A stretch of DNA of 64,000 bases from Ranitomeya imitator. Its lineage: Eukaryota. The position numbers and the translations under genes were made by a program. The stretch is taken from the NCBI RefSeq assembly GCF_032444005.1, contig NC_091284.1:141484001-141548000 (forward strand), written 5' to 3'. Under the pieces are notes generated by a model. The model was not told where the DNA came from. It did no database searches and was given only the letters and a program-made list of their open reading frames with translations. Shown here in pieces: positions 11,171-21,542 of the stretch (its first letter is position 1; each line of letters opens with the position of its first letter).

Positions 11171-12989
11171 TTATTGATTTTCTTTGCAAGTAATGCATGT
11201 TGGCTTTGCTACAGAGTGTTCATCGCAAATGGGTTTCACACAAACCACACAAGACTTTCTAGTCTTGCGTTGTTTTCGCCTCAGGTCTCTGCAGACATAG
11301 CAACTACCAACAACAGGGGAGGGTCCACGACTACCATGAGGTATTTTGGGGCCAGCTGCTGGCTGCGATGCTACCACAATGCATCGTCCAAGCACCATTT
11401 CTACTGCACCTCGAAGAAAATGGTTTCTCATTATCATTTTGTTTGTACTACGATCTTCAATTGCAATCATACACAGCTGATTTGCGAGATCTTTCAGGAA
11501 CTTTCTTCGTTGATCCTTTGCCCTGAAGCTTGGATTGTGTTCTCTGTAGATGATGTAGGATGCTAACCCACTGACATCAATCATATTGTAGAAAAATGCC
11601 AAAGTCCAACGTGATGTTCGTCGTTTCACAGTGTACTCTCCCAACATTTTATCCATAACATCAACGCCACCTTTTGTTATGTTGTAGTATTTTATTATCT
11701 CTGGCTTGGCTGCTAGTGTCTCTTCAACTTCTCCCGTCATGTGCATAGATGATAGAAGCACGACTGATTTGTTCTTCTTTGGTACATATGAACAGACTGT
11801 TGCATCATGATTGTTGGCAAAATTTGTCGAGTATACAGGCCTTTCTTTGGCAGGCTGCATGTTGTTAGGTAGGAACCTTTTGTTTTTTCTCACTGTACCA
11901 ACTAGTGTCATGTTCCAGGAGTTCAATACCTTAGCTAGTTCCATGGTTGTAAAGAAGTTATCGGTGGTGACATTTCTTCCAGAGCCTTTATACGAGCTCA
12001 CTAGGTCCAATACTGTTCGTTCTCCAATGTTTACTTGTCGAGGACCATCAGTTGGTTTCCCAGTGTAGAGCTGACCTTGTAAAGGGTAGGCATTTGATGA
12101 GTCACAAGCCCAGAAAATCTTTATGCCATATTTAGCTGGTTTTGAAGGTATATACTGTGTAAATTTAGTATGACCTCTAAATGGAAATAATTGCTCGTCG
12201 ACGGTGATACAATGATATGGCTTGTAGGCTCTCTCCAGATTACTGTTCAGCATTGTCCAGATGTCCCGTATTGGTGTAGCTTTATCTGTTTGCACACGTT
12301 CTGCACGTGTATTTTCGTTGTCAAACCTGATAAATCTGAGTATCATCTTGAAGCGGTCACGAGACATGGCTGCACGTATAAGAGGCAGAGCAGCAACATT
12401 CCACATTTCCTCCAGATTCTCTTTGTTGGCTCTGTGCACACCAGCAGCAATCAGTATGCCCAAAAATGCATGAAGTTCAGTTTCAGTAAATTGCTTGAAT
12501 GTTTTTTGTGGTGGCCGTTTGGAAGAATCAGGAAAACGTTGTACCAGTTCGTTGTTGTAAGCATCACAAACTCTCTTGGCCTTTCGATTCGTTTCCCGTA
12601 ATATGATGTCACACATCTCGGGAGTCATGATGGACTTGAATAGCTCTTTTGCTGTATATAGGTTGCTGATTGCTGCAGGGCCACCTCTTTGTCGTAGGAC
12701 ATTACGAGATTTTGTTTGTGCATTTGGCAGTGGATTACTGCACCATTGAGTTTCATCCTTAGCAGTCCAAATGTCGCCTGCACTTTGAGGCACAGAATCA
12801 TCCTCAACACTTTCGTCTGATTCGTATTCATTTTCATGCTCTATGACCATTTCTTGTTCAATGTCTGAATCTTCTTCAGTAACATCCACTTGTGGTACAT
12901 AGTTTTCATCATCAGATGGAACATATGGTTCATCCTCATGCTCAGAATCAGATTCTTCTAGCATTCGCATTATTTCGTCAGACGTAAAT
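11171..12989 (-). CDS. piggyBac transposase, main exon (599-aa open frame from the internal Met; ~625 aa if spliced)
   Basis: DDD triad in ITVDEQL, VTTDNFF and GGVDVMDK; acidic N-terminus; C-terminal Cys-rich domain CYVC...CVVC..PICDEH...CITC; no stops. Confidence 0.93.
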
Positions 12990-13066
12990 CTGTAAATATG
13001 AAAAAATGTAAAATAAATAATTTTCCGAAATACTACATTATTGGCTTTTCACAAAATTATACTAAC

Positions 13067-13125
13067 CTGCAAACACGTTTTCTTGGATTATGGCGGAAAC
13101 TAGATCCAGCATTACTATCACTCAT
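13067..13125 (-). CDS. Predicted first coding exon of the piggyBac transposase (MSDSNAGSSFRHNPRKRVC-R)
   Basis: ATG at 13125; 59 nt then GTTAGT donor; 77-nt AT-rich intron 12990-13066 ending TTTACAG; the phase-2 splice restores the frame into FTSDEIMRML. Confidence 0.7.
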
Positions 13126-14564
13126 GATGACTTGCTAGATGAATTTTGGCTTCGTATTTTGTGCTGAATATAAATAAAACATCGTAAAACAATATGTAGA
13201 TACTAATTATTATCCATTTTTCGTATAAAAATTATACCTATAGTGATAAGTTTCATACAAAATATATGTAAGCCAAGTCCAGGCTGAAAGACAATTTGAC
13301 TGTTCTGTCCCCACATAATGAGAATAAAGGTATAACTGGCTGTTAGATGCTGTGAGACTTTCCTACCTTCGTTTCCAAGAAATTGAAGACTTCACAAGCC
13401 TAGAAATGTGTGCTCACAGCAATGAGATGAACAGCAAAATGGCTAATGAGAGGAGGGAGGCAGGAAGACAAGTAGAAGCCACTCCCAGTTTGAATTAACT
13501 TAATTGACAGCAACATAAGTGACCAGTAACAACACTGAACAATAGATATCAGCATAACATTTGTAGCTGAATGAACTTTAGTTTCTGAAACCAAGTAAAG
13601 TCTTCCCACAGTGGAGGTATATGTGAAGGTACAATTGTACCTATGCAGCCTGTTAAGGTTGTAAAATTATGCAGCCTGACAAGGGTTAAAGGGGTTAACT
13701 AGTGGGACAGTTTCATAGGTCGAGTTGTTCCACACGTGGCAATAACAAATGTGTACTTTTATTGTTTAATTTTTTTCATAAAAATATTTTGGGTACAATA
13801 TAAAAAATTATATAAATTTTAATAATTATTTTACAATTTTTTTAAAAAACTTTTTTAAGTCTTAAATTTTTTCCTTTTTTTTTTTTGCTTTGCCCCACTA
13901 TGGGACTTTCATTTTTTGCATGGGGATGCAGCAGCATCCCTATGCTATGCAAAGTGTCAGCTTTGCACTGACAGACAAAGTTGCTTCATCATAGTCTGAG
14001 CGTGATGAAGCAACTTTGCTAGCTGTGGTGACCCAGATGTTGTCATGACGACATCAGGTCATCATGGCAACGACCGGGACCCCTTGATGACATTGCGGGG
14101 TCTCCAATACAAAGGCAGAGAGGCTATCTTCAATGCTGCGATTGAGTTCAATTTCATTATTTACGGGTTAAAGTCCCGGGAGCAGTGCGGGACTACTCTT
14201 GGCACTGAGTGTCGGGTGTTAGCTGTCAGAATCACCTGGCAGCGATTGTGCGCGCACAGGCAGTGTGCAGTCAAAATCAGCGGGACTTATGAATACGTTA
14301 AAAGTGAGAAAGGGGTTAAATCACTACATGTTAATATGGTTTACATAAAAGGTTTAATTGGAGTCTGTGCAGCAGCTGCCAGCTCTAAATTCTTGAGTTT
14401 ACTGTAGAGAACCCAACCAATATTTCTCTTCCCTTTAGTTGGCAGTGGCTATTATGAATTCTACTGAGGCTTTGCTACATGGTTATGCTAAGGTGAATGT
14501 GTTTCAAGTAAAAAAAAACTATATGAAACCTTTTAACTTACAGTTTAAGCTCGCCAAGATGCAA

Positions 14565-17102
14565 TAACATAGTAACATAGTTAGTAAGGCCGAAAAAAGA
14601 CATTTGTCCATCCAGTTCAGCCTATATTCCATCATAATAAATCCCCAGATCTACGTCCTTCTACAGAACCTAATTGTATGATACAATATTGTTCTGCTCC
14701 AGGAAGACATCCAGGCCTCTCTTGAACCCCTCAACTGAGTTCGCCATCACCACCTCCTCAGGCAAGCAATTCCAGATTCTCACTGCCCTAACAGTAAAGA
14801 ATCCTCTTCTATGTTGGTGGAAAAACCTTCTCTCCTCCAGACGCAAAGAATGCCCCCTTGTGCCCGTCACCTTCCTTGGTATAAACAGATCCTCAGCGAG
14901 ATATTTGTATTGTCCCCTTATATACTTATACATGGTTATTAGATCGCCCCTCAGTCGTCTTTTTTCTAGACTAAATAATCCTAATTTCGCTAATCTATCT
15001 GGGTATTGTAGTTCTCCCATCCCCTTTATTAATTTTGTTGCCCTCCTTTGTACTCTCTCTAGTTCCATTATATCCTTCCTGAGCACCGGTGCCCAAAACT
15101 GGACACAGTACTCCATGTGCGGTCTAACTAGGGATTTGTACAGAGGCAGTATAATGCTCTCATCATGTGTATCCAGACCTCTTTTAATGCACCCCATGAT
15201 CCTGTTTGCCTTGGCAGCTGCTGCCTGGCACTGGCTGCTCCAGGTAAGTTTATCATTAACTAGGATCCCCAAGTCCTTCTCCCTGTCAGATTTACCCAGT
15301 GGTTTCCCATTCAGTGTGTAATGGTGACATTGATTCCTTCTTCCCATGTGTATAACCTTACATTTATCATTGTTAAACCTCATCTGCCACCTTTCAGCCC
15401 AAGTTTCCAACTTATCCAGATCCATCTGTAGCAGAATACTATCTTCTCTTGTATTAACTGCTTTACATAGTTTTGTATCATCTGCAAATATCGATATTTT
15501 ACTGTGTAAACCTTCTACCAGATCATTAATGAATATGTTGAAGAGAACAGGTCCCAATACTGACCCCTGCGGTACCCCACTGGTCACAGCGACCCAGTTA
15601 GAGACTATACCATTTATAACCACCCTCTGCTTTCTATCACTAAGCCAGTTACTAACCCATTTACACACAATTTCCCCCAGACCAAGCATTCTCATTTTGT
15701 GTACCAACCTCTTGTGCGGCACGGTATCAAACGCTTTGGAAAAATCGAGATATACCACGTCCAATGACTCACCGTGGTCCAGCCTATAGCTTACCTCTTC
15801 ATAAAAACTGATTAGATTGGTTTGACAGGAGCGATTTCTCATAAACCCATGCTGATATGGAGTTAAACAGTTATTCTCATTGAGATAATCCAGAATAACA
15901 TCCCTCAGAAACCCTTCAAATAGTTTACCAACAATAGAGGTTAGACTTACTGGCCTATAATTTCCAGGTTCACTTTTAGAGCCCTTTTTGAATATTGGCA
16001 CCACATTTGCTATGCGCCAATCCTGCGGAACAGACCCTGTCGCTATAGAGTCCCTAAAAATAAGAAATAATGGTTTATCTATTACATTACTTAGTTCTCT
16101 TAGTACTCGTGGGTGTATGCCATCCGGACCCGGAGATTTATCTATTTTAATCTTATTTAGCCGGTTTCGCACCTCTTCTTGGGTTAGATTGGTGACCCTT
16201 AATATAGGGTTTTCATTGTTTCTTGGGATTTCACCTAGCATTTCATTTTCCACCGTGAATACCGTGGAGAAGAAGGTGTTTAATATGTTAGCTTTTTCCT
16301 CGTCATCTACAACCATTCTTTCCTCACTATTTTTTAAGGGGCCTACATTTTCAGTTTTTATTCTTTTACTATTGATATAGTTGAAGAACAGTTTGGGATT
16401 AGTTTTACTCTCCTTAGCAATGTGCTTCTCTGTTTCCTTTTTGGCAGCTTTAATTAGTTTTTTAGATAAAGTATTTTTCTCCCTATAGTTTTTTAGAGCT
16501 TCAATGGTGCCATCCTGCTTTAGTAGTGCAAATGCTTTCTTTTTACTGTTAATTGCCTGTCTTACTTCTTTGTTTAGCCACATTGGGTTTTTCCTATTTC
16601 TAGTCCTTTTATTCCCACAAGGTATAAACCGCTTACACTGCCTATTTAGGATGTTCTTAAACATTTCCCATTTATTATCTGTATTATTAGTTCTGAGGAT
16701 ATTGTCCCAGTCTACCAGATTAAGGGCATCTCTAAGCTGGTCAAACTTTGCCTTCCTAAAGTTCAGTGTTTTTGTGACTCCCTGACAAGTCCCCCTAGTG
16801 AAAGACAGGTAAAACTGTACAATATTGTGGTCGCTATTTCCTAGATGCCCGACCACCTGCAGATTTGTTATTCTGTCAGGTCTATTAGATAGTATTAGGT
16901 CTAAAAGTGCTGCTCCTCTGGTTGGATTCTGCACCAATTGTGAAAGATAATTTTTCTTGGTTATTAGCAGAAACCTGTTGCCTTTATGGGTTTCACAGGT
17001 TTCTGTTTCCCAGTTAATATCCGGGTAGTTAAAGTCCCCCATAACCAGGACCTCATTATGGGTTGCAGCTTCATCTATCTGCTTTAGAAGTAGACTTTCC
17101 AT
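14565..17102 (-). mobile_element. Young 5'-truncated CR1-clade LINE
   Basis: Tandem tail (TATGTTAC)n on the minus strand at ~14565-14582; uninterrupted ORF2. Confidence 0.9.
14670..17102 (-). CDS. CR1 ORF2 (C-terminal half of AP endonuclease + reverse transcriptase), 810 aa open
   Basis: GDFNYP and SDHN (APE motifs); KSPGPDGIHPRVL; NYRPVSLTS; YLDFSKAFD; GVPQGSVLGP; FADD. Confidence 0.92.
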   Translation of the reverse strand: MESLLLKQIDEAATHNEVLVMGDFNYPDINWETETCETHKGNRFLLITKKNYLSQLVQNPTRGAALLDLILSNRPDRITNLQVVGHLGNSDHNIVQFYLSFTRGTCQGVTKTLNFRKAKFDQLRDALNLVDWDNILRTNNTDNKWEMFKNILNRQCKRFIPCGNKRTRNRKNPMWLNKEVRQAINSKKKAFALLKQDGTIEALKNYREKNTLSKKLIKAAKKETEKHIAKESKTNPKLFFNYINSKRIKTENVGPLKNSEERMVVDDEEKANILNTFFSTVFTVENEMLGEIPRNNENPILRVTNLTQEEVRNRLNKIKIDKSPGPDGIHPRVLRELSNVIDKPLFLIFRDSIATGSVPQDWRIANVVPIFKKGSKSEPGNYRPVSLTSIVGKLFEGFLRDVILDYLNENNCLTPYQHGFMRNRSCQTNLISFYEEVSYRLDHGESLDVVYLDFSKAFDTVPHKRLVHKMRMLGLGEIVCKWVSNWLSDRKQRVVINGIVSNWVAVTSGVPQGSVLGPVLFNIFINDLVEGLHSKISIFADDTKLCKAVNTREDSILLQMDLDKLETWAERWQMRFNNDKCKVIHMGRRNQCHHYTLNGKPLGKSDREKDLGILVNDKLTWSSQCQAAAAKANRIMGCIKRGLDTHDESIILPLYKSLVRPHMEYCVQFWAPVLRKDIMELERVQRRATKLIKGMGELQYPDRLAKLGLFSLEKRRLRGDLITMYKYIRGQYKYLAEDLFIPRKVTGTRGHSLRLEERRFFHQHRRGFFTVRAVRIWNCLPEEVVMANSVEGFKRGLDVFLEQNNIVSYN

Positions 17103-18420
17103 GGTTTCTATTATATTTGATATATATGCGATTGATTTGTGGATAAAAGGAAATTGGTACCATTCTTAAACAGTGAAAGTTAGTCTTTGAGTAAATGGAG
17201 TTTTTCTAGGGAGGGTTTCCTCAGGATCTTGGACCTTTAACATTTTGCTTGCTGCAGTGCCTTCTCACTGTGCCAGTCTGGCATTACACTCTTTCCCTGT
17301 CCTTACTGATAGCTGTATAGGAGTTTCTGGGGACTAATGATTGCTGTCACTGGCGGACATAGAAAGAGGACCCCTGTGTAAGAACAACATATGGACCCTC
17401 TGCAGCTCATCCATTTCACCAGCTTTGGAGGTGGAAATGGACCCCCTTTTAGGCCGCCCCTGTGCGCATACGTTACACCAATGATAGGTCCGCCCCTGCT
17501 TCCTTTCATCATATAGAAGATGAGAACTTCTTGTGTACTTCTATATACAGCATGGAGGAAGTCATGGACAAAGTTTGGTAAAGATCAATGCACAGATTTG
17601 CTGTGCTGTTCACAGAACTGTCAGATTTTACATAGATATTTACAGAAATCCATAAAATGTGACTGTTTAGGGAGGAGAATTAAAGGGAACCTGTCAGCAG
17701 GATTGTGCATAGTAACCTACACACAGTGTCAGGTCCGTTCCGTTATACTGAATAAAATTATACCTTGGGAGATGAAATCCGTCTTGTGGTTGTTTCTTAA
17801 ACTTTATTTTCAGTTTTGTGTTAATGAGATTCTCGTGCCCTAAGGTAGGGCTGGGGCATGTGGTGCTCTGATTAGATATTCATAATGCAGACTGCTGACA
17901 GGTTACTGATCCCTCAGTGACCTGCCTCCTAGTTTACATAATGAATACCATCACATTCTGAGTAATTAAAAAAAAAAATCGCTTCTGCAGGCAGGTAGCA
18001 GCCACTGACACCAACCCCTAATCCCATTACCCTGATCTGACTGCACCAGAGCATCAGGTAGAGCCTTGGCTAAGTGCCAGAATTGGTGCTTCAACTATGA
18101 TGTGCCATTTCTGGTGCAGCTGAGGGCTGGTATTTTTAGACTGGAACATGGCAAATAAGCCTGATAAAGGTGGTGTTGAACAAGGACATTACACCACAAA
18201 ACTTTTTTTTAACCTTTTTTTCAAATATCTTTATTTAGCTCCAAAAAGTATTCATTGCTGTACAAAAACGCAAGAAAAATATGGCAAAACTACACGTTTT
18301 TTGCTGCAGCACTTTTTGCTGCCAAGATCTGCAGAAACGTTGCAACCTTAGATATTTCTGCAAGCAAATACTCAACGTGCACACATACCCTAAGAGTACA
18401 TATCTATAGCTAATCGGAGC

Positions 18421-19087
18421 AAAGCCCTGTCCTTGTTTGTAGCCTTTCAGGGTAGCGGAGAGTGGTATGGGATATCCAAAAGTACCATTGCAAGGTGGAT
18501 CAGGGAGGCCACAAGTTTAGCCTACTCTGCGGTTCTCTGGTGGCATCAAGGCTCACTCCACCAGAGCTGTGGCGACCTCCTGGGCAGAGAAAGCAGAGAT
18601 ATTGATTGATCGGATTTGTAAGGCCGCTAGTTTGTCCTCACCCTCTTCTTTCTTTTAACACTACAGACTGGATCTATCCTCCACTTCTAACTTAAACTTT
18701 GTTAGAAGGGTGCTGCAAACAGTGGTCCCTCCCTAAGGTTTTTTTTTCTCCATAAATCTCTCGTGTGCTGTCATGAGTGAAGGGAAAACACCAAGGTTAC
18801 TTACCGGTAGCTGTTTTTAACAGAGCCCATGACGGCACCCTTGTATTCCCCCCTCCTTTTCTCACCAAATGTGTGTGCACTATAGATTGGGTGTTTAATG
18901 TTGTCTGTTATGTATTTAACGTTGGAGGTCCTGTTATGCTGTTATGTTATAACCCAACTGATGCGGGGGAGAGATGCCTCCCTTTTATTTTGGTAGGTTT
19001 CCTGTCCTTGGTGGGCGGATGTCTCTCCCCGTTGTGCGGTCATGGGTTCTGGAAATACCGGCTAACTGTAAGTAATCTTGGTGTTTC
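18421..19087 (+). mobile_element. DIRS-like tyrosine-recombinase retrotransposon, 3' fragment
   Basis: Degenerate YR C-terminus (ISKSTIARWIREA...GIKAHSTRAVATSWAE...HYRLDL); downstream inverted match AAACACCAAGGTTACTTAC (~18786) / GTAAGTAATCTTGGTGTTT (~19068). Confidence 0.75.
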
Positions 19088-19942
19088 AAGATTACATCGG
19101 TTCTGTCTGCACAACTTTTTTGTCAACGGATTGCTGCTGGATCCATTGTAACTGATGATTACTGGACATGTGCTGATAGCCTAAGAAATGAACTTGCCTT
19201 TTTATGTGATTTGTTTTCTAAAACACAGCAGACTTGCAACTAAATAATAAAGTGGTCACTTTATGTTCGGTTAATAGAAACCAACAGCTGTAACAAATAA
19301 CATACAATGAATATCTAAGGCGTGTGTGTATATAAGCTGTTAATAATTCTTCACAATCAATATAAGGTCGCTTTACTCTCTTAAATTAGTAAATTTTTAC
19401 AATTAATGAGTTATAGACATTGGTGGACTGAGAATACCAGATAGGAACCGCAAACAACCCTAAATGAGAACTGAATAGGTTTGTGATAAACAAGAAAAGA
19501 CCTTTTTAAAGGCAATTATAACAGAGCGGGAGGCAGTAGATTGTCTTTCCTAGAAGAATTAGCTGGAGCATTGGCAGATTTGTTTGAGATATTATATCTG
19601 TTTGCTTTTACTACAGCTGTTTTCACTTCTTTTTTCCTCACACTATGGCCTAATCCAGGCAGCATGTTTAGGTTGTCTGCCTTATCTTCTGTTCATTATG
19701 GTTTCCTTTGAGCATAGTACACCATCATTTAAATTTTTTTTTTTTTTTAAGCTGAATTTAACATTTTTTTCTGTTGCAAAGTAGCCAAAGTGACCCCATG
19801 GTTTCTCTTGGGGAGTGTTCATAGATTCCTAAAAGTATTAGAATATTCCCAAATGCTAGCTTCATCGCTATAAGGAAAAAAGAAGAAAAATTACTGAGTT
19901 TAAAAAAATTAAACTATTGAACTTGAAAATCACCATATATAG

Positions 19943-20273
19943 ACCCCAGTCCAGAGCCTCTCATCTAGCCAAATTAGTTCTCATGCTTCGCACTGACGAG
20001 GGCCAACAGCCCGAAACACCGTGTCTGTGAATTGAGATACTGATTTGGCTTTTATCCGAAGTCATATTGCACGACTCGTTAAAGGGTTGATTGTGACTTG
20101 TAGGATCGCTACTTCCAACAGGTGGCGCTATAGAGTTTGTCCTCTTTTTCTCTGAAGAGGCAATTTGAATATTTAATTTCCCAGAGGAGCATTGCACGGC
20201 GAATAAGCCTCTTTACCTTGACAAGCCAGCTGATATGTCACTCTCCACAAGGAGAAACGTTACCCCTTAGACT
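19943..20273 (+). mobile_element. Single-unit hammerhead retro-insertion (second retrozyme-like family)
   Basis: 10-bp TSD CCATATATAG at 19933-19942 and 20274-20283; non-coding; TAGAC terminal redundancy (19940-19944 / 20268-20272); internal hammerhead. Confidence 0.75.
19987..20031 (+). ncRNA. Type I hammerhead ribozyme
   Basis: UUCGCA-CUGACGA-GGGC-CAACA-GCCC-GAAA-CACCGUG-UC|UGUGAA; stem I has one G-U pair and extends via UCUCA/UGAGA; predicted cut after 20025. Confidence 0.9.
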
Positions 20274-21226
20274 CCATATATAGGTAGAAATCTTTTCATT
20301 CTTATGAAGAAAAGTGAAAACTTGTAGACTTGGTGTTATTACAATTATTATTTTAATTTACAAAGATGTTTAAATGCCACCCACCCCTTCATTGCCGTAT
20401 AGTCTTTATTATGTGCGTTTGTATGCAGGTAAAGTTATCGGTTAGGCCGGTATCCTATTAACATATGGTGTCCTATAATTCTCATCCGTATGCCAATGAC
20501 ATGCGGGTCCTGCTCTGCTGCAAGCGGGAGCTGAGTGTCAGTACTCTGTACTCCGATCCTCTCACATGACAGGATTGTGGAAGAGATGGAGAAAGTAATT
20601 TTCCCATTTCTGCTGCTGGCATTGGCGGGAAACGTACTGCACTTGGGTGATATGCCAGTGCAGTGCATTGTTCCACACTCACCCATAGACTTATATGGGT
20701 GCATGCGATCCAATTTTTGGGTGCAATCGCAGCATGCTGCAATTATTTTCGCATGCCAAAACGGCATGAGAAAATCACAGATGTGAGCTGCACCGTAGAG
20801 AAACATTGAGGCAAGTGCAATCCGATTTCTTATTCGGTTGCATCACAAGTGGGAATGAGCCCTTACTCTGCATGATCAGGGGAAAACAGGATTTTCAGAT
20901 TTTCTCAAAGTTCTTCAAATTGTATATCCGATATCAAATACAATACACCATATGTGGATGACAGTTTTTAGTACTTAAAAACTTGGCACTTGTTAGTGAT
21001 TCAAAAGGATATTTTATTTGTGAAAACAATCCTGATAACAAGAGACGTTTCAGTCTGTAAAATAGACTTTAATAAGTCTACAGGTTGTTTCAGAATTACA
21101 GTTTGTACAGCACTCAAGAGAGCAGCGTGGTGTCCATCACTGTGTAGGGAAGAGCGATTTTACCCTGAGGCGTACATTTTGCTTACTCTCTTTCAGGGAA
21201 CCCTCTTAGGAGAAACACAACCTAAC

Positions 21227-21542
21227 TAGAGATGAGCGAATATACTCAGTACTCGAGATTTCCCGAGCACGTCCCGGTGTCCTCCAAGTATTTATAAGTA
21301 CTCGGAGATTTAGTTTTCATCGCCGCAGCTGAATGTTTTACATCGGTTAGCCAGCATAAGTACATGTGGGGATTCCCTAGCAACCAGGCAACCCCCACAT
21401 GTACTTACTGTATGTTGGCTAACAGATGTAAATTATTCAGCTGCGGCGATGAAAGCTAAATCTCCAAGCACTTACAAATACTGAGAGGACACCCGAGCGT
21501 GCTTGGGAAATCTCGAGTACCGAGTATATTCGCTCATCACTA
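21227..21542. mobile_element. hAT MITE
   Basis: TIR TAGAGATGAGCGAATATACTC / GAGTATATTCGCTCATCACTA; 8-bp TSD AACCTAAC; palindromic body. Confidence 0.9.

Larger units (their letters stand above)
10819..13685 (-). mobile_element. Full-length piggyBac transposon
   Basis: TTAA TSDs at 10815-10818 and 13686-13689; TIR CCCTTATCCGGCTG versus reverse complement CCCTTGTCAGGCTG; sub-terminal repeats GCTGCATAGGTACAA(A/T)TGTACCT (~11017 and ~13628); intact transposase. Confidence 0.93.
2726..14315. mobile_element. Non-autonomous TTAA (piggyBac-type ends) DNA element hosting five nested insertions
   Basis: TTAA|CCCCTT at 2722-2731 and AAGGGG|TTAA at 14310-14319; sub-terminal inverted match GATGTCGTCATGACAACATCTGGGTCACC (~6580-6608) versus its reverse complement (~14026-14054); roughly 2.2 kb remains after removing the inserts. 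Confidence 0.7.
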
